Shown here one piece after another: positions 36,745 to 50,650 of a stretch of 64,000 nt of DNA. Each line of letters begins with the position of its first letter. The stretch's first letter is position 1. A program made the translations under genes and the position numbers. This DNA comes from Marsupella aquatica (taxonomy: Eukaryota > Plantae > Marchantiophyta): NCBI GenBank assembly GCA_973895155.1, contig OZ316893.1, forward strand, positions 15,654,645-15,718,644. The letters run 5' to 3'. The notes under the pieces were generated by a model that was given only the letters and a program-made list of their open reading frames with translations, was not told the origin of the DNA and searched no databases.

Positions 36745-38214
36745 TGGTGGACCTAGCCACCGAGCGTCATCACCAATCTCAACACCCACACCTAAGTGCC
36801 CCTGGTGCCCGAATGCCTCCACAAAATTCCTCGAGCAAGCAACTTGATTGCCCTAGCACCGCTTGCAACCCCTCTCATACGAAGTCACACTTGCTCTCTA
36901 ACACGGCCGTTACTCAACAGTCCTCATAGTTTACACAAGCAACCAAGTACCTTGGTAAGTAACCCAATAGTATCTAGATTTCCCCAAGTCTAGGATATTA
37001 ACTCAAGCTCAACAGACATTGGTAAGTAGGTCAGCGATAGGTCCTCATGTTGCCATAAGCCGGGACCAAAGCCATCACCCATTGTTCATCCAGTACAACC
37101 CCTCTTCGGGTGCAGCCCGGGTCCCCCCTCATACCTATCCATCACCAACTGACCGCCCTACCCCCAAGACATGCTCATGGCCCAAATAACGTAGCTTGTC
37201 CCAACACGTCGGGACCAGAATGGCCACGACACTAGTAACCCACTCCCGGTTCTCACCCCATTGATGGCCTAGGGGCCAAGTGCCCTTGGAACTCAACCTC
37301 CATTCCTACTTGGCCTTGCCTCCCCAACACAAGCTCCCTTGGGAGACTGGACGTGGCTTGGCTACTGTTTCGGCAGGATTTGGCAAGTGGGCGAGATAGC
37401 CCCCGCAAACCCCGAGAATCCATGGCACCCCTAGACCCAGCTGAGTTCAGGAGGATGCAATCATCCTCAAGAGTTTAGTTTCCAACGCACCCAAGAAGTA
37501 CTCCAATGGACTTCCTGTTGGGAAGTTATCGTTGTTTCCATTTGGCAATTTTTCTTTAATGTCGCGACTGCTGCAGCTCACAATTTTGGCTCGCCTTTAG
37601 CCACTCCACTCATATATGCTTCTGGAGACCTGCCACCCACAAAACTACTTTGGTTCCCAAATTTTGGCCCCCCACTTGGACCCCAACCCGCATGTCTAGG
37701 CGCGCCACAATTGGCTATGGCCATAACTTTCTAGTTAGGTGTCAGTAAGCGGAGTGCCTTAGCCCGTTGTGATTGGGCCAACCCAGTGCTCTGCCTAGGC
37801 CCTCAGAACCCATCGTCGCCCGGGACCCCAATTGGCCAAACCCGGATCGGGCCGTAACTCGTGCCCCAAGCGTCCGTGGCCCATGGAGTAAACTCCATTT
37901 GCCTTGGGCCCAAGAGGAGCTCTCACTCAAGCCCTCAGAATTCAAAGTCTGTTTGGGGGTCCGAACGGTCGACCTTGAGTCCAGTCCTTCCCCCTTCACC
38001 CTACCAGCCCTCAGCTAGTCTAAGTCTTTAGTATGTGTCACCAGCTTAGCACTTTGCCTTTGCCAACGCCACGCCCCATTGCCCACAAGTCTCCCCATGC
38101 TAAATCCTCCTCGGATGGTTGTTCTGGGCCTGGACCATAGGGGAGCTCGGGATCGGAGTCAGCAACGCTGGAGAGCTAACTGTTAAAGTAGTCGAGTTAT
38201 GCGACTACATCTTA
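36745..38214 (+). mobile_element. About 1.47-kb non-coding interspersed repeat, probable solo LTR (family A)
   Basis: Colinear over its whole length with 54125-55598. It starts TGGTGGACCTAGCCACC and ends GAGTT..ACTA(CA)TCT(T/C)A. No long ORF. The TSD is not unambiguous. Confidence 0.75.
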
Positions 38215-41200
38215 TGAATGATTATGAAAATGATGACATGCATGATGGTCTTTTTTTCATTCAAAGAATGTGAGTAAGGTATATATTTTGGTGATATTTT
38301 TAGTGTCCTCCCCTCTATCACATTCAAAGAACGGGTTGTAGGGGCTAGTAAATTCAAATATACTAGAGGAGTACATCAGCTAAGCTTTCGTCAAGGTGAC
38401 AATGGAATTTTTGGCCAATTTGATTGAGTTTTTCATCATAAAATGCAGAGGGGTAAATTTCATCAGATTAACACTCATTGTGTTAATATGACATTTTTGG
38501 GCTTGTGTTTTTTCGTGGCTGCTCCTTCTCTGGTGGCCTTGCAGGTGCTAAACTAAAAGTTATTTTAGGACTCATAATCATCCATTTATGGCCCCACTCC
38601 CAAGGACCATCCCAAAATGTGGTCGATGGAGCATATTGTGTTCAACATGGTGGCCCATCCTGGCTTCAGTTTTGTGACCAGCATATTTTGGATTAGGCTG
38701 CATATTCTCTGGTAGGATCATTTGGTATGTATAATTACTGGCCCATAACCTATGGCTTATGGCTTATGGCTTATGAACTAAATAACCTCAGTGAGCCCCT
38801 GGGTTCAGTACGAAGCCAAGCATGGTTCAACTTGCTAAGACCCATGCTCAACTAACCATCTGGTTCTCATTAATTGGCTTTGATCTCTTTTGGTCTAGAT
38901 GTGTACACAGCCTGCTTGACAAAACTTTCATTTAATTTTTCTGCCCTTGAGTTCATAGTGGAGCAGACAAACAATTTGAATTGATAGTTACCAAGCCATC
39001 CTTGCTGGTGAGAGCAAATCCATGGGGCTTATGGAGCTATCCAGTATCCACATCTTACCATCGATCAATAAGTATATTGTCTAATAACCCATCACTTAAG
39101 TACTCATTTAGAAACATGCCAAGAAACGTTGTAGATTCCACAATTTCCTTACCAATCTAGTACATTTAATATATGTCACACCAGTGTTCATCAAGTTTAT
39201 ATGAAATCCTTGAAAAACCAATCCATGAAATTCTAGGTTTGAAATGCATCTATTGGATTGCACATACTGTGCCTTTGAATCTAGTTTCTAAGCAACTATT
39301 AGGTAGTGCTCTCAGGGTTCACACAAGAAACAAATATTATTAAAATTTTGAAAACTGACTGACAAAGTCTTTTATAGTTTGTGAATTAAAAAAAGATTTT
39401 AATTATGTTCATGTAAACACTGACTTTTCAGTGCATACATCATTGTTAAAATTAAAGAGCTAAACCAGGAGAAAAATATTTCGGCATTGTAATCATTCTG
39501 AAAGTAATGCTTCAATGGATCAATCTTAGAAACCTTGCAACCCGGATGGACCAGGTTACTGCTGACAAGAAAAGTTGCTCATCGTGGGGCGCCTGGCTTC
39601 GTACGACGGTTATGTTGACGCAGATGGACACCCACATGAATCCCAAAGAAGAAAGGAGCAACGACCACAACCGTCACTGCGTATTCCATGGAGGAAACGG
39701 TCGGAACGCCTCTGCGTCGTTCACTCATATGACCGGCACCAGCCTGTCGAGACGGACCGCGCTTCTGAAATCAAAACGACAGAGCCAGTGGATGTCTGTC
39801 CATGAGCACATGCAGCATGGCTCCCATGCCCATCCATTGCTCTTCTCATGGCTTCACCATGCAAATGAGCTGACTCGATTATCTAAACCTGCGATTTCTT
39901 ACAGACGAAAATTCGCTAGATTCCATCTCTCGAAAGTTGGCTAGTTTTTTGGTCTTCCATTGCCATGCTTGCTTGTGCATGTTTTAGGTAGCATAACTAA
40001 CATTGATCAAGTACATGACTCTGGTTAGAGTCACCATTACTTTAATAACTCTAGACCCAAAGAGATAATTCTCTTTTATGTAAAATATGCTCTCCCTTTT
40101 GGGGTGTCAGAAAGAGTTTGGTCCACCAGGATCGCAAGGCTAAGCATCGTGGTCCCCAACAATTAAAATAAAAAATAAAGTGGTCCAACTGAGCAAAGTT
40201 CATCCCAAGACAAGTGTACCATTCCAAGGTTTGGCGCAGAGGCGAGCCTTGTGGTAAAATTGTTCTCAGCGTAGTGATGATTGCGGCATAGGATACCTGT
40301 GGGAAGGGACGTAACAGGAGTCAGTCCATGCCAAGGCGGAGCGCGATGGGGGATGGCATGCGATGGTATGGGAGGCCTGACCTGGGGATGCGACATGTCA
40401 TACTGTCGTGTGGAACCAAACGGTGGCCAATCCAGTTCATAGGATTCGTTCTGCGATGGGAAGCCATCATTGCCATGGAACTTGTGGTGGGCCATGGGAG
40501 TCGTGCGAGGAGGGGCGAATCGTATGACGTTCTGGGATTTGGTGTGCCATGGCGTGGATGTGTGTCCCTAATGCCGTCGCCTGGTCGGTCCGCACCGACA
40601 CACTCTCTCATGCCGCCTCGAATTGAAAGTCTCGCCAGCGGCAGACTCGTTGGCGACAGCACCAGCAGCGTGCCTCTTCCTCCTTCAACTCGAACTCTCG
40701 CTCCATCGGCCTGGTTCGGGCAAGTCAGTCTCATCAGGCTTCTGCTGGGCAGCCAGCTTATTATTATTTGGTCTGCCTTGTCCACTGTCGCCCGCCTGCC
40801 CGGATGGCCAAGCTTCCACTACGCTGACTCTAATCGCGGCGGAGCTTTGTGGGGAAGCGGCTCTCGCGGCTCTCTATCCCGGGCAGCTGCGCTGCTCCCG
40901 GGGGTGTTGTTTGGTGTGAAGGTATGTTGTTCGGGCCAACACAAACGCAACAGCTTGATTACAACAACTAGACCGTCGTGCTTGCTGGATCGACCAGCCG
41001 ACAGACACTCAACTGTTTCGGTTGGAGGAAAAGGGAGGGATGGAGAGGGAGGGAGGAAGGAAGGCAGCAACACCAAGGCTGGTTGGCTCACACTGGCCAT
41101 TCAATTCAAAGAGGAGCGTTTCGAATAAGCGAATGTCTTGCAATTCGTGAGTGAAGGCGGGATGGAGTAGTGATGAAGTGAGCGAGCAGGCTTGGAAGAG

Positions 41201-42035
41201 CTCTCCTGATGACTGGCTGGCCGGAGAGCTGGCTGCAGCAGAGCAGCTAGCCCCATAGCAGCGACCAGTTGTGCATGAGAGTAGGGTCCGGAAAGCCAGC
41301 TCGGGGCGTCCCAGCGCTGTGGAGTGATAGAAGAGAACCGGGCTTGTTGCTCGACGGAGGTGTCAGAGAGTGGACCTCCAAATTCGCTGGGTTGGTTAAT
41401 TGTTGAGTTGGAGCGGACGAACAGACGGTCATCGGCTGCAGTTGTCAGGCCGGTTAATTTGCTGGTTCTGGGGGAGCTTTGAATGAATTTCAGAGCAGGG
41501 TCGGTGAAATTCGTGCTAAAGCCAATTTGAATTTTATCCTGGGAGAAGGTTAACGGTTATCTCTACTGGCGTTGGATGGTCGATTGCCTTGCAGAAGCCC
41601 TGTCTGTCGTTGACGTAGTGGCTGCCTTCGTGCGAGTACTCGGCACTATTTCATTTTCTGTGTAGCTGGAGAGGTAGCTAGCCGGCCTCTGGTTATGAGA
41701 GGTAAGGTAGTGCCTGAGCCATGAATGCGGCCCGTGGATGATTTGATTTGGGAAAGACCACGCGTGAACACACTTCCAAAGTCGAACCTGTCGCCACTAG
41801 CCAGCAGCAGCAGCAAGTCCAGTAGTAAGGTAGCCTTCCTCTCGATTGATCTATCTCGGCGTGGGGCAGGGCAGCTTGAGTGCCTGAGGCGGTGGGCAGG
41901 ATTGCACAGGGTCTTAAGAATTTGTCCGATTACTGTACCCTTGGATTACTACGGCACATTTGCGGATCCTGGAGTAATTTCAATACTGACCACGCCCGCG
42001 GAAGCAGAGTATTTCGCGAACGAGTGCCGAAAGCT

Positions 42036-45000
42036 ATGGCTCCTACTGGAAGGGAAACGGGCTTCGTGATGCCCAAAAATACGAAGAGAACCCCATCACT
42101 GAAACATTGGGACGACTGTGCTGATCCGACGGACATTTTAGCTCTGTGGGCCCATTCCGCTGTTAGGAACGAGTGGATCGCCGCAGGGGAGAAACCGGGA
42201 CAGAAGGTCCATTTGTCGCGGGCCTTCGAGGGTCAACCTCACATAACCGAAGTAGAAATGAGGGTGAGTTTGATTGTTCATCTTTAAGGGAGAATCATCT
42301 CACAGTGAAGCGCTATTCAATTATTGACATTTTGCTGGTCTTTGGCGCTGGTGCCCTTCTAGTAGGAATATTTAGATTGCGCAGTAGATTATGGAACAAG
42401 TGATGAAGAAATGAGGGTGAGTTCGGATGAAATTTTATGGCAAGTTAGAGTTACCTGATAGTGAAGCTTCTCAGCACAGCCTGCTAAATTGGCTAGTCTT
42501 TGGCTCTTTGACGTTGGAGCCTTTCAGCGGGGATTGTTAGAGAATTTAAAAAGAAGCAAAATGCAGTGTTGCAGAATCAATTTTGCCCAGTCTGGAGACT
42601 GACAGCCGTCGTATGTTTGGGTCGAAACAGGCAATAGCTGAAATTATTGTGGAGAGATATTTTACCAAACTCGACCCTGTAAGTATCCATACCTTACCAG
42701 ATGCACATCAAATGTTTCCGGAGAAACCATGAAATGAGGCCTGAGTAATGGACAATTGGGATGGAGACGACTGGGTTACGTTGTAGCCGTCCTGATCCTG
42801 ATATGTGCATTGAAAGGTCTCCAGCTTGAAGAACGGGACGAGAACTGTGGAATTAGAGTTTTAATAATTTAAGGTTCAATAAGCACTTCAATTTGAATTA
42901 TTCTCGCCAGGATGTGCTTTTAGCTGGAGGCAACTTAGAGAGTGGGTTGTTTCTTGCAGATCATGATTTGCGCAATAGCAGAAATTGAGAGTTCCCGTAA
43001 TCCGCTGGCATTTCGCTGGGAGGAGAGTCTTCAAGAAGCTAGTACTGGGCTAATGCAAGTACTACAATCTACTGCGGATTGGCTTGCAAAGTGAGTTGAT
43101 CGCTGTGCTACTAATTTAAGCACACGAATTGCGTGATGAGGGAGTCTTCTAGAAGAATGCTTGCACTTGTTTAGTCTGAACGAAACTGATTTATCAGAAG
43201 AGAAGGGCCAATTGTGATTTATTTAACCCTTATAACCATCCCTCGCAAAACTCTCTTGAATAGTTGCTTCATGACCCATTACAGTAGAGCAATTGCTATC
43301 GTTATCGGCAGAAGCTTCAACAGGTCTCTCAACTACTCGTGCCTGTTGTCGTGTGCAATAGTTCACGTGTTATGCTTAGAAAAAGTGCTGCTCCAGAGGT
43401 TTGCGTTGATGCTTGTCAGACGTCATGTTTGTCTTGCTGAAAGATGAACGTCTACGAGAAGATTGAATTATGATGCTCTCTCGAGTACGGCTAAAGTTTG
43501 CTAGGTCAGTGAAGCAAGAACTGTCTTGGGAGCAATTTCATTTGAGAGATTGCATTGTCCATGTAGTCTGGCCATTCATGGGATTTCAAATTATGTGTGC
43601 AGAGAGATGGGTTACAAGGCGTATACCATCGACTGGACTTCATCGATGCTGTACAGGCCATTTGTCAGTATTTATTTTGGAGCAGCTTATCTCAAATGGC
43701 TTTCAAAATACCAGGGCAAGTGAGTAAATGACACAGAAAATCCAGATTTCCGCAAATGTCCCTTCTTTTACCGCAAACTGAAAGCAATCAGAGCTCATGT
43801 TTCGCTTTGTAGTTGGGCACCAGAAAGCCAAATCCTGTCACCCTGGCCTTCATGCAAGTCACAAAATAGAAATTCACGGATCTTCTCATATAGAGTTTCC
43901 TTGGCGCCATCGGTCCATACAGCGGTCAGTTCTCTTTGGGCCACTGCTAGGTTGAGAGCCATCTTCGCAAAGTTTTCCGTGAAGTCTATGTTCATCATGT
44001 CGTTGCTTCTTAAACTTTCCATCTGTCCTTTTCCCCTTTCTCACTGCCTGAAAGCTGAGATCTTTTTCTTTCACTAATCTAGCCCATCCAAGATGCTCTA
44101 TGTTGGAGCGATTCATCTCTTTATATGTTTCTCCGTTTGACGCTTCTCATAAAAGAATGCAAGTAAATCTCGCCAAAGCCATCCAGGGTTTATTTCTGGA
44201 TCCGGAGTACTGTTTGAATGAAGTGGAAGGCTTTCTGGTAGTAGTTTTTCAAGTTCCCTAACTAGGCACCAAAATGTCTTGATCTTGAACTTAAGTGCCT
44301 GTAACAGGCGCTGTCGAATGATACTTTAGACTTCCGTTTTTTCTGTTTTGTTTCCTTTCATATGATGAGATCCGTCCTTTTCATATGTAGTAAGGAGTTC
44401 ATGTAGTTCCTCCTCACGGGAGAAACTGTCACCCGGCGACTTCCCTTCACGTCACCGGGGAGTCCTTTTTATGTGTGCTTTGATCCCACTGCTTGCAAAA
44501 TATATTTATCTAACCTCATGACCTGACATGTAGGAGGAGGAGTGAGGAATTTATTGTGCGAGGATACAATGGGGGACCTAAAAATGCTGCGAGTAAGAGT
44601 ACTTTGGATTATTGGACCAAATATCTGATCGCTAAACAAAACATTCAAATGAAGAGGTACATATGCTCTTGCAATCCTACCTCACACCTGCAATTGCTCC
44701 ACACTTCTTGTGTATTGTCATACGCATTTTCTTCTATAATAAAATTTGTGGAATGTGGCAGCTCTGACGATTGGGTGGGACACTATCTTAACTTCTGGGC
44801 CCAAAGTCTATCTCCTGAGAGCCAGCTACAAGCTCTGCAAGTACTGAATACTCATTCAGATAGTCTTAAGTATATATCTAGTTCTATACTATCGTTTTCC
44901 TATTAAGAATTTATTCCACATAGGTATTAATATTTATTAGTTTTTTTGGTCGGACTTTTAATGTCACATTTGGCAAGGTTGATTTAAGATATCTCACAAT

Positions 45001-47630
45001 CGGTTTGATCTATCTTGTTACAATTGGACTCTAAAACGATACTCAAGAATAGAAGATCGGCCTCAGTTATCTTGTTACAATTGAACTATAAAAAGAAATT
45101 CAAGAGTAGAAGGATCCTGACCAATATCTGGCCTGAACATACCCCGAGCAACTTGAGATTCTTTCCTGTGAAGATTGTTTTCTTGCCTTTTTTGTATTTA
45201 TGTGGCAGAAAGGCTTGTGTACATCATGCTGTTGGCTAGAATGATTCTTGGTCTATTTAGACATGTCCGATTGTCTTTCTTGTCTTGTTTATATTAATTT
45301 GGCTGAAAGGCATGTGTGATTCATGCTATTGCCGAGAATAATTTTTACTCTGTTTAGACTGGCCTGATTGTCTGAATTCCAATCTGTCTTGCAGTACGCA
45401 GGTAGCCCCACCAGAAGGTATTTTAAAACCAAAGCCTTGGCCTCGAGTCAACTCTGTTGGTGCTCCTAGTGAAGCATTCGTCAGCAATCACATGAAGGGT
45501 AAGTCTAATTTATACGTTGGTCTCAACGTGCCTTCTAACGGTTAGGGTGCTGTCTGAATGATGGAGACAAAAAATTGAATGGAGTAGGCCATTTTGAAAC
45601 TGAAGCGACTTGAACGACCAGGTATTATTGGGTCCCGCACCTGTGTTCGTTGGGATGCAGTGTCTCACAAATGTCTTGTTAACAGAGAAAAATAGATCGA
45701 AAAAGAAGAAGGAATGGACATACTGGGAAGAGAAGTGTTCAGTAGAGGACATCGAAAGCATGTGGAATCACTCAGATGTGAAAAAAGAGTGGGTGAAGGC
45801 TGGAGAACAGAGAGGGAAAGTGCGCTTTTCTCGTGATACCAAACTACGCCCATTTTTGACCGTGACAGAGCTTAAGGTAGGAAAATTTAAATTATCTTTG
45901 CAAGTTGGTTATGTTTGTGCAAAATGCCAGATGGCTACTCTTTTGTGTATGCCTGGTTTTGATCAACCCGCTGTGCATATCGAAGTAAAGAAGAAGTATG
46001 AGGAGCTCAATAGCGCAAACCCTACATTGTCCCTTGTGAAAGTCCCTTCTCCATGTCATGCTGCGTCTCAATTTCGAATTGACCCTTGGCATATTCCTTC
46101 GCAGGCAATCGCTGAAAATATCACGACAAGATTTTTCGCAAACAAGGGAATGAGCTCTGTATGTTTTCTGCTAGTCATTGGCACCAAACGCCTCATATCT
46201 GTAACGAAGTGTGCAATAATTGCTCACTGTTTACCGGCTTGTTTTAGAGTTGGAAGTTTTATAAACTTGCTTTGACATATGCCACGAACAAAGTTGTAAT
46301 ATGTGAATGCATCATGACAGTGAGCTGTGATGCAATGTTGATTGCGTTTGCAAGTCTTCCCGTTGTTTCCACCCGGTCTTTAATGTCTTAGTTATCTGAC
46401 AGGAAGAATTGGATTGTGCAGGTCATGTTGTGCGCAATCGCTGAGATAAGTAGTAACCGACTGCTACATGGACTAGATGGGCAAGGTGGAATAATGGGAC
46501 TATCTTTTGAAGCAGCCATGTGGCTCTACCAGTGAGTTATCCTCCACCGTATATATGACTGGAATACAGTTATTTCTTCTACTATCGTAGCAGTCCGATG
46601 AAAATACTCCTTCCTTCAATGTAGCCTTGCAAGTGCGATTGTGTGATTGTGCTTTTGTGAGAAAGGCTTTGAAGAAAGCGTAGCAAAATATATGTCCTGG
46701 CCTATTGAGGGTCTCACATGGCAAAATTTCCCACATAACGATTACAGGGGTGTGATGGTGCAGGGAAATGGGGTACAAGTCATATAGACTAAAAGTGCAA
46801 GAGGATCTCTCCAAGCCATTCGTAGGCATGTACTTTGGTGCTGCATACGTGTGTTGGTTATCAAACCACAACAATAGGTATGTACTGATTCGGTGGAGAC
46901 CTGGATCGGTAGACATTCCGAATGATAGGCTGAGATGACCTGGGGCAAAAACATTGGTGCTCGGGTTTAGACGGTTCAAGAAATCTTCCTTCTCTTTTGC
47001 ATTTGATTCGAGACCACCTCTTTGGGTTGTAAGAGGCTAATGCTTACCTACAGATTTTATTTCGATAGGGATCCTCATGTTGGCTCCATTGAACAGGCCA
47101 AGAAGTGATGAGTTTGTAGTCCGGGGGTATAAGAGCGGCGTAGAAGGGGTGGATCACCCAGCATCGAAAGCGTTCTGGATCCACTACTTGGAGGCAAAAT
47201 CAAATTATCGGTTTGACGCTAGGTACGAGTCATACTACCCCGTTGTTCAAATATTCCGTGTATTTTGCTTGGCCCGAGTCATACTACCCCGTTGTTCAAA
47301 TATTCCGTGTATTTTGCTTGGCTGGAGATGCAAGTGGCTAGACCGTGGGCATGATGAAGAATGACTAGTTTCAGTCGAACTTGAGTGTCCCTACTCCCTG
47401 TGCTAGACTCCTATTTTGTTTGCCTGGCTGTAGTAAATTTCTAAACCCTAAGTCCTAAACTCTTCAACTGCGGACCAAATTTGATCTCACTGTATATGAC
47501 TTCACGAACGAATCCCTTGAATCACGGTCCTGGGGAAAACATTATGACTTTCTATAACAGTCAGCTTGACGAACAATGTTCCTGGAAATATTCTTGCAGG
47601 AATGGAAAGGCAAGTTGCTGTATACAATAA
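42036..47630 (+). CDS. Plant double SLT (lytic transglycosylase)-domain protein, At1g16290-like, with C-terminal CaaX; 12 exons
   Basis: Exons 42036-42263, 42631-42678, 42960-43090, 43603-43719, 44534-44656, 45395-45498, 45686-45876, 46105-46158, 46422-46531, 46764-46877, 47097-47222, 47600-47630. Repeat 1: HWDDCADP..EWIAAGEKPGQKVHLSR..AIAEI..MICAIAEIESS..GLMQ..EMGYKAY..PFVSIYFGAAYLKWL..RSEEFIVRGYNGG. Repeat 2: YWEEK..KVRFSRD..EMGYKSY..PFVGMYFGAAY..RSDEFVVRGY. Ends NGKASCCIQ*. Confidence 0.9.
47226..47322. repeat. 48-bp perfect tandem duplication in the last intron of the SLT gene
   Basis: CGAGTCATACTACCCCGTTGTTCAAATATTCCGTGTATTTTGCTTGGC at 47226 and 47275. Confidence 0.9.
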
Positions 47631-50149
47631 CACAATTCTGCGGAAACAATCATTCTAGACACGGCTAGCTGGAGATCACAAGTCTTGGGGGGAAATTGAA
47701 GAATGGATTCCAGGCCAATTACCACGAGTAGGTATTGTCAATAACCTAATGAACAGCTAGGCTTATGGACATGGCTGCGGGAATTGGCAAGGAGATCGCT
47801 GATAAATAGTGCCCTGTAGTATCCGCGAACATTAATCTCATGCATTTGGGGAAATATCCCGATGATCAGGGACCGACCTAGGACCCGTGTAGGCTACACA
47901 ACAACACTTTTGGAATGTCTCCTGTGTGTATATAGATGTATATTGCCCAAGTCGGGCTGTCAATTTTGCTTCCAACTAACTAACTAGGTTAGAGAGAAGA
48001 GTTGTAACCTAGAAATACCATCAATGCCTAGACAGAGGTTAAGTTAATTCATACAGAGCTCCCGCTTCGGGTCGGATGTCGTCAAGTGGGAAGGTCTCCA
48101 TTATTCATTTTGTTGCTTACTTCCCTGTGGACCACAACTTGTGGCACTGTACTCACTTTAACGATCTGAAACGTGAGATTTTCACCGGTACATGTCTGCA
48201 CCAAAACCCCTTAAAGTGTTAGTGTGAAGGAGCGCAGTTTTCTTACACTTCATGGGTCTTGTGTTGAGCGCTCTTCAAGACAGTGCAGAGTATCCTTAAA
48301 TCCACAATTGTATGTGATATGATTAGCGTTCGGGTCAATCCAAACTCAGGAATGGAGGAAAATGAACATGCTTTTTTTCTCATATTAATTTCCTTTACAT
48401 ATCTGCATCGGCGTCCACTTGATGGCATTTATTTATCTCGGAGAAATTCTTCCCAGACTGCCGTGCTTGAGTCTGCAATTTCTTAGTTTTAGGAAACCAA
48501 AGAGTCGATGACGTCTGGAGAGTCGAGCCTTGTGTTATAAATAAGGACGCAGTGCTAGCTTTTGCTTCTACAGCTTCCATCTCGTGGCGAACCTCCTGCA
48601 GTGCACGTTTATGTTGGTTAAAACACTAGCACTGGCATTTCACTCGAAACTCGTGGCTCACATGGGAAGGAATCGCTTTAGTTAGAGCATGAAAAGATGG
48701 TTATAAGACACTACCATACCTCACTCCAGACTCGGGGCACACATGCGAAGAAATCACTTCAATTAAATTTGAGCGATTTTCAAATTTGAGCGATACCACA
48801 CAACTGGTAGATTCTCTTTGAGTAAACTCGGGATAGACTTTGCTCGTCTTGCGACAGAAGCCGGTGCTAGGTGCCAATCATCCGGAAGAGCGCAAAGGAA
48901 CCATAAGTACTTGGACAAAGATGGTTGGGAAAGACTAGCAAGCCAATCAGGACACAGCGTACATAAGCGATGCATCCCGACTGTCTCCCTGATTTGGACA
49001 CAAAATCTGACAGGCATAATCTTTCCTGAGCTCAGATCTGAAGTTATGAAGCTCTAGAGTTATGGTCTGAGGGCAAACAGCGGACCCCTGCAGGACTTTT
49101 TAGCAGGTGGTTAAGCATTCAGGTGGAGTTGTTGACCAGGATTGCAAACCCGTGTTCTGGTCCGATGTAAAACAGTGGACCTCTGTTGGACTTAGCAGGT
49201 GGAGTTGATGTGGAGTTGTTGACCAGGATTGCAAAGCCGTAGCAGGAAACTGTCAACAACTTCAAATTTTATTACCTCTGACCATGTACGGGGCATCACG
49301 TACAACAGACAATTTCAGGATTCGGTGTCTGGTGGAAGGGTATCAGAGTCTTCCCCGTCGTCAGTGCTCAGCTGAGTCTGGCACTTCGGCGAGGAGCAGG
49401 CCAGGGCAAGCTAGGATTGGATTGGATTGGAGCTTTGAATTCAATCGTAACTTGGGGGTTCTTCTGCAGGCATTGTAGTCGTCTGTGCAGCTGGAGACCA
49501 TTTCTGGAAGCTCTGTGATGGAATGTGTCCTCAAGTCGGAGGATGTTTGTGGAGGTAAGCCCGGAATGGGACTAATAAGGGGTTAGGACTCAAGTCAGAG
49601 ACTGCAGGAAGACAAGAATATGACAGAAAGTGCGGGGGTTTCCTATGTTCAAGGCATAGATCGGATCAATCATGGAAAAAGGCGAAAAACAGAGGGAGGG
49701 ATGTCTTGTCAAGTTGCACTACGTTACCCTCGCGTCATTACTGAATTTCCATGTCAATTCCAGTGTAGGTAAAGATTGTTCAGGCATGTGCACATTCCAG
49801 TTTAAGGTGCCCATTTTTTCACAACTGCGAATTTCCTCGTTCATTGCTCTTTTGACAGACAGAGCTCCTAGTCTCCAACCCAAGTTTGATTCTGGCATTA
49901 TGAACTTACCCGGAGCAGTCTGCCGTATGTGAACTTGGCTTCTCGCTCTACTTCTAGACCTTCTTTTGGAATGCACTATAGTGGACGGCTCGGCATAAGT
50001 CAGAATCCCCTTAGAGCCGAAACAAGCCGAGCATGTGATTAATGAAGGCTTTGAGCAACCTTGTCATTATAGTCTGTTTGGGGCTTTCTTAGAGTAAAAC
50101 CTTAGTAAAAGATTTTGCGAATTATGTTTGTGCGCTTAAGACATCAACC

Positions 50150-50650
50150 TTCCTTCAGCTCCTCCAAAACCAGGGTCACTCGTCTGCTATTGCTCATACA
50201 TTGGTATGAGTTCTTGGTGGAGCTTGGCCATATCATCTCTTTGCAATTTGAATCGTTGTCAGTCTTGAAGTCTTGTACTACATTGGATGACCAGATCAAC
50301 CAGCGGCCGGTCAAGACGCCATCTTGGGAGCACATGTTGTTGCTCAATAGTAACATGGTATCCTGAGTCGCGAGAAATGGCCGCCACCACAAGTCGGATG
50401 TCATCTCTTTCCAGTCCCGCTCACCCGTGGTCACACCTAAGAATAAGAACTCCTAAGTCCAAAGGTGCATCATGCAGGAAGGGGTGTGACAGTGCATGCA
50501 GATGAAAAACACTTACTGAACATGACCCAAACTGTGTAAGATCACCTTCACAAAGGGGGCAACAGCAGCTTGCACATCCTCGGGCAACAGTGGCCTGGCC
50601 AGGCGAAGCCAAACTTGAAAGGGAAGAATTGCATTCTCAACATCAATGAC
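50150..50650 (-). mobile_element. Degenerate CRE-like (RLE-type) non-LTR retrotransposon fragment
   Basis: Frameshifted minus-strand peptides ENAILPFQVWLRLARPLLPEDVQA, PLDLGVLILRCDHG and DDIRLVVAAISRDSGYHVTIEQQHVLP..LVDLVI resemble the post-RT, zinc-knuckle and restriction-like endonuclease region of bryophyte CRE-type elements (recalled similarity). Confidence 0.55.

Noticed and set aside
40328-41128. 266-aa ORF in a GC-rich tract
   Set aside because: No recognisable domain and overlapping ORFs on both strands. More likely promoter or 5' UTR of the SLT gene.
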